Positions 1 through 8,077 of a stretch of DNA of 64,000 bases are shown here, piece after piece. The position numbers were made by a program, and so were the translations under genes. Location of the stretch: NCBI GenBank assembly GCA_020353515.1, contig CP070695.1:737065-801064 (forward strand). Direction: 5' to 3'. Source of the DNA: Candidatus Heimdallarchaeota archaeon. GTDB lineage: Archaea; Asgardarchaeota; Heimdallarchaeia; Hodarchaeales; Hodarchaeaceae. How positions within the stretch are numbered: the stretch's first letter is position 1; each line of letters begins with the position of its first letter. The notes under the pieces were generated by a model. It was not told the origin of the DNA. It saw only the letters and a list, made by a program, of their open reading frames with translations, and did no database searches.

Positions 1-188
1 ATTGAAAGCGACATTTGGAACTCTTTTTTTTTAATAGTCAAATACTATACCTCACGGAAAATAAAAAATTGAAAATTACCTTATCCAAGGATCTTATTCT
101 GAATGACAATCTTCTCTTTAATAAAAAAACTAGTCTTATCCAACAATTTGGTAATGTTTATATAGATGTTCCTCCATATATTATTTGA

Positions 189-596
189 GTGAACATCATG
201 TCATTAAAAGACCACAAGTTTATGATGTTAATGAGCCAAGAAGAAAAGGCTCATTATGAGAAAATTAGGGAGGCTCACGGTTTTACAAGCCTCGCTAAAT
301 TAATTCGAGCGTCTTTGGATATTGTACAAAGATTTCCTGAATTATTAGAGCCAACAGAGAGAGTCAATGGTAGTGGCACACAACAAGTTCTAGAGGCCAT
401 TCAAAGATTAGAACAGAAAGAATTAGCTGTTGAAAAAATGGGTGAAATCCTAAAAACCCAAGCTGAAAAAATAAACAAAATCGAGAGATTACTTGAATCA
501 TTTGCCTTAAAGAAGGGAATGACCAAAAAGGAGATTAAACGAGCCTACAAGAAAGACCTGTCAGGTGAGGCGGTATTTGAGGAGGATGAAGATTGA
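189..596 (+). CDS. Putative CopG/ribbon-helix-helix DNA-binding protein with C-terminal coiled coil
   Basis: N-terminal FMMLMSQEEKAHYEKIREAHGFTSLAKLIRASL fits a strand-helix-helix pattern; heptad-rich C-terminus; 4-nt overlap with the recombinase start (translational coupling). Confidence 0.55.
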   Translation: MNIMSLKDHKFMMLMSQEEKAHYEKIREAHGFTSLAKLIRASLDIVQRFPELLEPTERVNGSGTQQVLEAIQRLEQKELAVEKMGEILKTQAEKINKIERLLESFALKKGMTKKEIKRAYKKDLSGEAVFEEDED

Positions 597-1465
597 ATTA
601 CCCCAAACCTGAATATTTTGACGAATTCGCAATGTGGTTAAGGACTCAAGGAAAATCAGAGAATACAGTTAATACATATCTTTCAGGACTAAGACAAATC
701 CCTGAAGATGTTGAAACTTTTTTCGCCAACCCTCATTTAACAGGCCAAAGAAGCAAATTCGCGGCCTATCGGTCTTATCTTCGATTCTTAGCAAAGAAAA
801 AGAAGGTTTTTGATAGAGGCGACTTAATTGACGCTCTTGATTCTCTCAAACCGAGAAAAAAACGAGGAAATAGTAGTAGTGTCAAGAGATGGGCTATTCC
901 CAGAAAAGAATGGGAAGGTTTTATACGGAGAGCCCATTCCAAAGTCACCAAAATGGGACTTTGGCTTGGTTTTCACTTTGGGCTAAGACTCTCCGAGATA
1001 TTACATCTACGCGTCAAGGATATAGACTTTTCGAAACAAGAGATTAACATTCAAATTCATAAAAAAACCAAGAATCAAGAAGCTTGGTGGCCTAAAGCCA
1101 ACCGAGAGCGTCAAATTCCATTTACAAAATCTCAGGGTGAAACTCTCAAGCGTTGGATTGAGCAAAGACCAAAAGAACTAAAACATCCTTATTTACTTTG
1201 GACTAGAGGGAATCAACAACATAGAAAATTCAAACCTTTACATCCAAAGACCTTTCAGTATTGGATTAGGAAGATTCATCCTAAGCTAAAATGTCATGTC
1301 TTAAGATATTCATTCGCGACGCATTATTACAATCAATCCAAAGATATTAAGCTCATTAGTAATCTCTTAGGTCATGCGAATGTAGCGACGACTAGCGAAT
1401 ATCTAGCACTAGGTCATGAAGAAACAATGAGTAAAGGGCGCGCTCTTTTTGCTGAAGGGGAATAA
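593..1465 (+). CDS. Tyrosine recombinase/integrase (XerC/D-XerA family)
   Basis: N-terminal core-binding motif (FAMWLRTQGKSENTVNTY) and full catalytic set: R in GLRLSE, K in PKANRER, HxLR in HVLRYSF, H in LLGH, Y in SEYL. Confidence 0.95.
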   Translation: MNYPKPEYFDEFAMWLRTQGKSENTVNTYLSGLRQIPEDVETFFANPHLTGQRSKFAAYRSYLRFLAKKKKVFDRGDLIDALDSLKPRKKRGNSSSVKRWAIPRKEWEGFIRRAHSKVTKMGLWLGFHFGLRLSEILHLRVKDIDFSKQEINIQIHKKTKNQEAWWPKANRERQIPFTKSQGETLKRWIEQRPKELKHPYLLWTRGNQQHRKFKPLHPKTFQYWIRKIHPKLKCHVLRYSFATHYYNQSKDIKLISNLLGHANVATTSEYLALGHEETMSKGRALFAEGE

Positions 1466-1496
1466 TTTTTTTTCTTCACTTCCCTCCCCTTTTTTC
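1466..1496 (+). terminator. Pyrimidine/oligo-T archaeal terminator after the recombinase
   Basis: ttttttttcttcacttccctcccctttttttc directly follows the stop codon. Confidence 0.5.
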
Positions 1497-1579
1497 AAGT
1501 CATGAGATAAAAGGTTGACAAGAAAGTTTAAAAGAATAAAAAAAAGAGAAAACTCGTATCAATTCAGGGAGTATCCAAC

Positions 1580-1747
1580 ATGAGTGAAGAACAAGAGCAA
1601 GTCCAAGTACAGAAGAAAAGAAAATCCACTAAAACAGAAAAAGCATGGTATGTTATCATATTTGCTTCTTTTATCAGTGCAGTGATTTATTTGATTTATT
1701 TACCCATTAGAGCTGCAGGTTTTCTCTTATCATTGATTAAGGATTAA
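1580..1747 (+). CDS. 55-aa putative membrane micro-protein (not in ORF track)
   Basis: ATG at 1580 after GGGAG; MSEEQEQVQVQKKRKSTKTEKAWYVIIFASFISAVIYLIYLPIRAAGFLLSLIKD*; charged N-terminus then a hydrophobic helix. Confidence 0.55.
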   Translation: MSEEQEQVQVQKKRKSTKTEKAWYVIIFASFISAVIYLIYLPIRAAGFLLSLIKD

Positions 1748-1750
1748 TTT

Positions 1751-1778
1751 GATAGACATAACTCAAATTATGTTAAGT
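1751..1778. other. dif-like Xer recombination site (11-6-11)
   Basis: GATAGACATAA-CTCAAA-TTATGTTAAGT; right arm 10/11 to the E. coli XerD arm TTATGTTAAAT, left arm 7/11 to the XerC arm GGTGCGCATAA; ~290 bp downstream of a Xer-type recombinase. Confidence 0.7.
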
Positions 1779-1822
1779 TATACGTATCAATATACGTATT
1801 TTTGATAACCTATCCAACGCTA
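1778..1822 (+). repeat. 45-bp direct repeat, copy 1 (left of beta-helix gene)
   Basis: ttatacgtatcaatatacgtatttttgataacctatccaacgcta; 41/45 identical to 4330-4374; contains the inverted repeat tacgtat-caat-atacgta. Confidence 0.9.
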
Positions 1823-1935
1823 TCTATAATTTTTATATAAAAACAAGTTTAATCTAAAAGAGTCCATTAAAAGAGTTTATTGGAACTACTAGGATTGAGA
1901 AATTTGTTATTAACCGTTAAAAAGCGAAAACGCTT

Positions 1936-4128
1936 CTAGGCTAGTTTCGACCGTGATTTCTTCCATGATCGAATTATGACTAACGAGAGAAGAACCAACA
2001 GAGTCGTCCAACCAGATGCAGGTTTCTTTGACGTTGACTGGAGTATTGGATCTGGGGAGGTCAATGGTGATTCATCTTGATTATTGGCTGTTCCGTCTAG
2101 CGTGTAGGGTTCATCGACGATTCCATCCCCATTGGTATCTGGACTGGTCCACTCACTCCAATAGTTGTTGGCAAAGACGTTCTCTGAGCCATCATCTGTT
2201 GCTTGGACTCCTCCATCATTATTTCCTGTGAAGACATTGTATTCCACAGTATTCGCTTGCGATTTTGCAGACATGATTACTCCATAGCCTGCAGTGTTGC
2301 GGATCGTATTGTAGGAGATTGTATTGTTGGTTGAGAATCTTTCCCCCCCCTGCCATATATCGATTCCAACTCCGTACTCCCCTCCATTTTGGATGGTATT
2401 ATTGAAGATTTGATTATCTGAGGCCTCATTAAGTGTCATGCCATACGTATTGCCTTCGAGTGTATTGCCAGTAATATTTGTATTTTGTGCCCATCCAAGA
2501 TAAAATCCATAGAAATTATTATTGATGCTATTATGGGCAATGGTATTTTTTTCGCCTCCGAGGGAAATTGCTGCTCCATACGCAGTGTTGGAAATTATAT
2601 TATCTGTGATTCTATTCTTGTTGGAGTTATCGCTCACCCTTATCGCATCCCAATTATAGTTATCTAGCGTATTATTAACGATGCTGCTGCTAGAGGAATT
2701 ATAGATTAATATCCCTACAACTCCATCGGACAGGGTATTCTCTGAGATTAGAACGTTTGAGCTATAAGCGACTGTTATTCCGGTTGAGGCATATTCAATA
2801 TTTTGGTCTTTTATGATTATTGAATGGCAGTTGAGCAGAATTATTTGTCCAATATCAGAGGGAACTGTTTTATCATTAACATCCTGCCAGTAGAGTATTG
2901 GTTTTCCGTTTACATTATTATTTGTTATTTCAACTTGCAAAAAATCCTCATATTGATAGCCCCAAAGTCCGAGGCCGTCGTTGACAAAATTATTATCAAT
3001 AATTCTGTTATTCCCTGATTCCCAAAAGAGAAGTCCCCATCCACTGTTGTGTGAGATGGTATTGTTCACAAAGGTTCCATCAAAGCAGTTTGAATCTGCA
3101 CTGTTGATACCGTCCCTTTTATTTCCATGGACAAAATTATCGGAGATGGTATTTACCGGAGATTCCAGGAGCTGAACTCCTGTCCTTGAGTTCTGCTCGA
3201 CTTCATTATTGGTGATCGTGTTCTGGGCTGAGGTTTGCAGGTTTATTCCGTTCTGTGAGTTATGGGAGACAATATTGCTAGTAATAACATTTCTGGTAGA
3301 GTTCTCTAAATAAATACCATTAGCCCCATTGTTATCAATCTCATTGTTTTCTATTGTGTTAGTTTCCGACCCTGTCAGATAAATACCATTGTTCCCATTA
3401 TCTGTGATTGTATTATCGTGAATAGTATTGTTTTCCGACATTTTCACGTAGATTCCATAAGAAGGATTATGATGAACAGTGTTATTGGCAATTATATTAT
3501 TGTCCGACGAAAATGAAATTGCAATCCCCTCGAAGTTGTTGGTCACGATATTATGGGAAACAATGTTATTATCTGATGAGTCTAGCAGTAATCCATCTTG
3601 CGTGTGATTTTTCACAATATTTCTCGAAATGAGATTATTCTTAGATTCACGAATTGTTAATCCGTTATAACAGGTGTTATTCAATATCTCATTATCATTG
3701 GAAGAAACCAGAAGTATTCCATTAAAAGTGTTAATGACCGTGTTGTTTTCCACAATTCCGTTTTTCACGTTCCAGAGAGAAATTCCCCGATCTGCACTTG
3801 CTAGACCATTCAGGAGACAATTAGCAATACGAAAATAAAAGGTCGTGTCATGAATAGAGATCATATCTCCACTTGGAGCGGTAATATTATAGCCCTCAAT
3901 CCGAATCGGATTATCCATCGTGCCTTTTCCAGGGAACGAATTGTTCAGGTCATTGTCATTCGTGATATAAATGGGACTTCTGGGTATATAGGTCTGAACC
4001 CTAGAAACCCGTGACTCACTTGAAAACTCAGTTCTCTTTGTTGAATGTGCTTCTTGTTTGCCTCCCCAGATATTCACTCCGAATAACAGGATACAAATCA
4101 GTATTATGCAGATCCTTTTTTTCACCAT
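1936..4128 (-). CDS. Secreted right-handed parallel beta-helix (NosD/pectin-lyase-like) surface protein with C-terminal membrane anchor
   Basis: N-terminal signal peptide; many GIxL..S.NN.I..N repeats; NYWSEW..D.NGDGIVD.PY cap motif; Ser/Thr/Pro linker followed by SGW-TM helix-basic tail (PGF-CTERM-like). Confidence 0.9.
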   Translation of the reverse strand: MVKKRICIILICILLFGVNIWGGKQEAHSTKRTEFSSESRVSRVQTYIPRSPIYITNDNDLNNSFPGKGTMDNPIRIEGYNITAPSGDMISIHDTTFYFRIANCLLNGLASADRGISLWNVKNGIVENNTVINTFNGILLVSSNDNEILNNTCYNGLTIRESKNNLISRNIVKNHTQDGLLLDSSDNNIVSHNIVTNNFEGIAISFSSDNNIIANNTVHHNPSYGIYVKMSENNTIHDNTITDNGNNGIYLTGSETNTIENNEIDNNGANGIYLENSTRNVITSNIVSHNSQNGINLQTSAQNTITNNEVEQNSRTGVQLLESPVNTISDNFVHGNKRDGINSADSNCFDGTFVNNTISHNSGWGLLFWESGNNRIIDNNFVNDGLGLWGYQYEDFLQVEITNNNVNGKPILYWQDVNDKTVPSDIGQIILLNCHSIIIKDQNIEYASTGITVAYSSNVLISENTLSDGVVGILIYNSSSSSIVNNTLDNYNWDAIRVSDNSNKNRITDNIISNTAYGAAISLGGEKNTIAHNSINNNFYGFYLGWAQNTNITGNTLEGNTYGMTLNEASDNQIFNNTIQNGGEYGVGIDIWQGGERFSTNNTISYNTIRNTAGYGVIMSAKSQANTVEYNVFTGNNDGGVQATDDGSENVFANNYWSEWTSPDTNGDGIVDEPYTLDGTANNQDESPLTSPDPILQSTSKKPASGWTTLLVLLSLVIIRSWKKSRSKLA

Positions 4129-4329
4129 TTTCTTTTCCCCTGTGAAATTTTACTCTAGTAAGACGATATTCTTTATAAAGTTATCACCTCATTTGAAATT
4201 CAATTCAAAGTCCGCGTATATGCGATAAAAAATGTGTGATTTGAAGATTTTATTGATCTAATCAATGTTAAGTTAAGAATTATATAACGTTTTATAAAAA
4301 AACATTAACCTATCCAACGTTATAGTACA

Positions 4330-4374
4330 TTATACGTATCAATATACGTATTTTTGGTAACATTTCCAACGTTA
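4330..4374 (+). repeat. 45-bp direct repeat, copy 2 (right of beta-helix gene)
   Basis: ttatacgtatcaatatacgtatttttggtaacatttccaacgtta; an extra copy of the taacctatccaacgtta submotif lies at 4306-4322. Confidence 0.9.
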
Positions 4375-4630
4375 AACGACAAATTCAAGTACTTACAAAA
4401 CAAAGTTTCTCGAAAGCCAGCTTTAACAATTATAATATGTGTTTGAAGACATCCTAACAGAATTCTAATAGCTGATGGATAAAAATCTATAGATAATAAA
4501 AAGATCATAATCTGCGTTTTACGAATTTTAGGATAACAATAATGAAGAACCATGAGAATGTTTTGGTGGACTTTTAATTAGAGTAAAAGAGTAAAAACAA
4601 AGCGTGAAATTTGTTTTCAATCTTGATCTG

Positions 4631-4777
4631 ATGGTTGAAGAAAATAAACAATGGAACGACTTGTTTAACAAGCAATTAGCAGAATATAAAGATGGTAAAT
4701 TGGATTCTGAAGTTTTTGAGGTACGAATTAAGAGATATAAGACCTTCTTATTACGAAAGAAGAATTTATTATCTTAG
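4631..4777 (+). CDS. 48-aa SHOCT-like micro-protein (not in ORF track)
   Basis: MVEENKQWNDLFNKQLAEYKDGKLDSEVFEVRIKRYKTFLLRKKNLLS*; YKDGKLDSEVFE resembles the SHOCT core G.IS.EEF; alternative GTG start at 4604. Confidence 0.45.
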   Translation: MVEENKQWNDLFNKQLAEYKDGKLDSEVFEVRIKRYKTFLLRKKNLLS

Positions 4778-4796
4778 TTCCTTTTTCTTCATTTTG

Positions 4797-5489
4797 CTAA
4801 TCTTGTATCTGTTCGATCTTAATAGTTCTAGCATCTATTTCGGAATTTGTATAATCCACATTAATCCTTTCTGGAGGGTAATATGTACGGATGATTAAAT
4901 CTTCTGTTTCAATGTTTAAATTCTTGACATGAAAATCTCGCTTCAATTGTGTTTTTTTACCAAGTTTCTTGAGTATCATATCAGGGAGTAATAATAATTT
5001 AGAAAAGGAGCCCGTGAAGGATATAATCACATTCGGAGCATGAATTATCCCAGATATATTTGTTTCTGACCTTTTTGGATTTATAGCTATATCTATTGAT
5101 TCCGTTGCAGTTATATCTTTCTGAATTGAAACTTTTCCTCTAATCTTTATTAAATCACCTTTTAGTTGTGTGCCTTTTATTATTGACCCCCTAAGAAAGA
5201 TTTTCTTGCCTATTATATCCCCATTCACTTTACAATCTCCATTTACAACTATATCTTGAGCTGAAATAAGATTATGTCCAATAACCAAAGTAGAGTTTGC
5301 AATTATCGATCCTTGCTTTGATTCTAGATTTTTTGCTATGGTTAATTCCTCATCTGACTTGATTGAATATGCAGTTAGGTTTCCCATGGCATTAATTGTT
5401 CCAGTTATATGTACATCGTCTTTGAATTCAATATCATCATTAAATGTTTTGGAATGTATTTCAATCACTAAATCATCTTCTATTAGCAA
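4797..5489 (-). CDS. Bactofilin-like / polymer-forming beta-solenoid protein
   Basis: Repeated hydrophobic-x-hydrophobic-x-G strands (VHITGTI, IVVNGDCKVNGDI, IKIRGKV). Confidence 0.65.
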   Translation of the reverse strand: MLIEDDLVIEIHSKTFNDDIEFKDDVHITGTINAMGNLTAYSIKSDEELTIAKNLESKQGSIIANSTLVIGHNLISAQDIVVNGDCKVNGDIIGKKIFLRGSIIKGTQLKGDLIKIRGKVSIQKDITATESIDIAINPKRSETNISGIIHAPNVIISFTGSFSKLLLLPDMILKKLGKKTQLKRDFHVKNLNIETEDLIIRTYYPPERINVDYTNSEIDARTIKIEQIQD

Positions 5490-5502
5490 TTAAAGGGCTA
5501 GT

Positions 5503-5784
5503 TTATATTGAAAGATAATCTTTACGAAGTAATTCCATTATCTTGTGCTTCCTCTCTGGGTTTTTATTCCACCTTTTTGCAGCAGTAAGTGTGAATCCTG
5601 ATTTTTTATATACTCTAATAGCAGCTGGGTTACTTTCATTTGGAGGTACAACAAGTAATCGGTAGTCGGTATTAGAAAAGATATGTTGAATGACTTTTTT
5701 CATTCCATCGGTACCTAATCCTTGGTTCCAATAATCTGGTAAGATTTTTATATCTGTCATAAAAGTTTTCGTACCTTTCTCCAT
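5503..5784 (-). pseudogene. N-terminally truncated GNAT (RimJ/RimL-like) acetyltransferase
   Basis: Motif A (DYWNQGLGT) and motif B (N.AAIRVYKKSGF) present; the N-terminal half is missing, with in-frame TAG TAA directly before the ATG. Confidence 0.6.
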
Positions 5785-5828
5785 TTACTAAATTTGAGCT
5801 CTTGTACATCCAATAGAAGGTTACAAAT

Positions 5829-6731
5829 ATGCGAAAAATCCCTTTTATTCAAACAAGTGTGTTCACAGATGATCGTTATCAATTCTCAGGCAATCAACTA
5901 GCAACATTCTGGAAATTGTCAGAAGATGAGCTGTCTCCAGATGAGATGCAAGGAATTACTAGAGAAATGAATTTTTCGGAAACAACATTCGTTCTCTCCT
6001 CCAAGGATGATAAATGTGTCCGAAAGGTTCGGATTTTCACCCCAGGTCGGGAAATCCCTTTTGCTGGTCATCCAACGCTAGGTACAGCTTTTGTGTTAAG
6101 AAATCAAGGAATCATTGGTATGAAAGACACAAGAGCTTATTTGGAATTAGGACTCGGCCCAATAGCTGTTGAATTTCAAGATAATCTCGTCAGAATGTAT
6201 CAATCTAAGCCTGAATTTCTCACAAAATTCCAAGATAGAAAAGCCTTGGCAATGATTATGGGGATTTCACCTGACTCAATCATGCATAACTACCCAATAC
6301 AATTTGTTTCAACTGGATTTCCATTCCTAATTGTACCTCTTACTTCCTTAGAAGCTATTCAGGCCATAAATCTAGATATTAAGCTGTTATTCAAGACATT
6401 GGAAGGGTTTCCCTCTCAAGAATTATTAGTTTTTACACCTAACACAGCTTATTCTGATTCCCATGTGCATGTGAGAATGTTTGCCCCTTCTGCAGGAGTT
6501 CCAGAAGATCCTGCCACGGGAAGTGCCGCAGGGCCATTAGGAGGATATTTAGAAGAATATCAGGTTTTATCTAATCATTCTAGAGGGACACCGTATGTTT
6601 TAGAACAAGGATATGAAATGAACAGACCAAGTAAATTGATTGTCCAATGTTCTCATGATAAAAACGAAATTACTGAAGTGATTGTTGGTGGCGAAGTAAA
6701 GATAACAGCTGAAGGACAGTTCTTCCTTTAG
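5829..6731 (+). CDS. PhzF family isomerase
   Basis: GNQLA, EMNFSET, RIFTP.REIPFAGHPTLG, RMFAP..GVPEDPATGSA, EQGYEM.RPS. Confidence 0.95.
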   Translation: MRKIPFIQTSVFTDDRYQFSGNQLATFWKLSEDELSPDEMQGITREMNFSETTFVLSSKDDKCVRKVRIFTPGREIPFAGHPTLGTAFVLRNQGIIGMKDTRAYLELGLGPIAVEFQDNLVRMYQSKPEFLTKFQDRKALAMIMGISPDSIMHNYPIQFVSTGFPFLIVPLTSLEAIQAINLDIKLLFKTLEGFPSQELLVFTPNTAYSDSHVHVRMFAPSAGVPEDPATGSAAGPLGGYLEEYQVLSNHSRGTPYVLEQGYEMNRPSKLIVQCSHDKNEITEVIVGGEVKITAEGQFFL

Positions 6732-8077
6732 GATCGATCAATCACGGCTTGCAGGAGATTCAACAAGTCCTCCACATCTTCTTTGCTAACGAATCTGTCC
6801 TGTGAACGATGGAGCATAGCATTTCTCCGTAATCGTATTCTCTTTAGATCTTTGTTTTCTCTTGTCATGAGTAATTGTTCACGTAGTAATGCATTAACAA
6901 TGGACGGCCAGGATTGGTCATCTGTCGGATAGGCATTTCGTTTCCAAAGGACGTGTCGAAACAAAGTTTCTGTTGATCTCCATAAGAACAGAAAGGTTGA
7001 GATATGCTCATCCGTCGACAATTCCTCCCACTTTTCAAGCTTTTTTGTGGCATAGAACACATCCAGCTTTAAAGATTCAGCTTCTTCTTCAGAGGATCCA
7101 AGTTCTTCAATGGCATCTGTTACTGAATGGCCAAGGAAGAACTGCATTTCGAGTTCTCTTCGTTTCTCTTTTGAGAGATCAAGATTATTTAACATTGATG
7201 AGTATTGTTCGAGTACCAAAGTTCGGGCAACTTCTCTTCGCGTGTAATCCCGTAATTCGTCATTAATATGTGTCTCAATAAAATCAAAGTATATTTTTGA
7301 TACAAGATCCCAGTTGGCAGCTAATTTTGTCCCTATTTTGTCAGCAAGGGGGAACCTTCTAATGGAATCTAACTCGACTTGTCTAGTTTTGACCTTAAGA
7401 TCCTGATCCAGTGCAGGTAAGGATAAATTGTAACTGGTTTTGCAAATCAACGTTGCTAGATTTTTTCGTGAGTGAAGAAAAAGTATCAAGGATAGTATCA
7501 CAAGAGTGCTAAAGAGAGTTCCAAAAAAGACCACATTAATTGGATTAATAATCTGGTCAATATAGAGAAAATCCAAGTTTATTGATTTAAAATGCAGATA
7601 GATAATCGTTACGACATTTACTACATTAATTAATCCATAGCATATTGAAAAAAGGAACAGGGTTTCTCTAAAAGTCAACATTTTCTCATCGGAAATTGTA
7701 TCGTCCCTGGTAAAGTAGGAATCGATGTATCCTCTCCGAAAGAGGGTTCTTAGCTTTGGAAGTAACTCATTTTGAATATTTTTCTGCAGTTCATTTTTTG
7801 TTTTCGTATCTAAGTCAATTCTTTTCAATAAAAAGATTTGATTGATGTTCTGTCTTAAAGATTCGGAATATCTTTCAGCAGCTCTACTAATTCTCACTAT
7901 TAAATATGGACTATAGATGTAGAATATATACGCTGGAAAGATCAAGAGGATTGTGGGAAGGAGGAGAAAGAGCTCGAACTTATCTGTCATAAAGAAGAGA
8001 TAAGCTCCAATTAAACCGATTTCATATAGTAATGGAAAAAGAACTCCCAAAACAAATCTATTTTCTCGTAATGTCAT
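6728..8077 (-). CDS. Multi-pass membrane protein with C-terminal HEPN-like domain
   Basis: Four hydrophobic segments in the N-terminal half; C-terminal helical domain with ETLFRH... and RNAMLH (Rx4H) followed by a VSKEDVE helix. Confidence 0.65.
   Translation of the reverse strand: MTLRENRFVLGVLFPLLYEIGLIGAYLFFMTDKFELFLLLPTILLIFPAYIFYIYSPYLIVRISRAAERYSESLRQNINQIFLLKRIDLDTKTKNELQKNIQNELLPKLRTLFRRGYIDSYFTRDDTISDEKMLTFRETLFLFSICYGLINVVNVVTIIYLHFKSINLDFLYIDQIINPINVVFFGTLFSTLVILSLILFLHSRKNLATLICKTSYNLSLPALDQDLKVKTRQVELDSIRRFPLADKIGTKLAANWDLVSKIYFDFIETHINDELRDYTRREVARTLVLEQYSSMLNNLDLSKEKRRELEMQFFLGHSVTDAIEELGSSEEEAESLKLDVFYATKKLEKWEELSTDEHISTFLFLWRSTETLFRHVLWKRNAYPTDDQSWPSIVNALLREQLLMTRENKDLKRIRLRRNAMLHRSQDRFVSKEDVEDLLNLLQAVIDRS

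Noticed and set aside
593-4377. Classical integron (IntI plus attC), prompted by atccaac (RYYYAAC, 4312) and gttaaac (GTTRRRY, 4371)
   Set aside because: The recombinase lacks the IntI-specific insertion, and the intervening sequence does not form a clean attC hairpin with L boxes. Kept only as an analogy.
4265-4440. CRISPR array
   Set aside because: Only two clear 17-nt repeats here, the spacers are palindromic and reused at 1781-1845, and no cas genes are in the window.
1853-4582. Possible terminal inverted repeat (tctaaaagagtccattaaaa at 1853-1872 vs reverse complement of 4561-4582)
   Set aside because: Short, gapped and AT-rich; compatible with chance.
4320-4898. ORF-track ORFs 4320-4553(-) and 4692-4898(+)
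   Set aside because: One runs through the repeat region and the other overlaps the bactofilin-like gene; neither has protein-like features.
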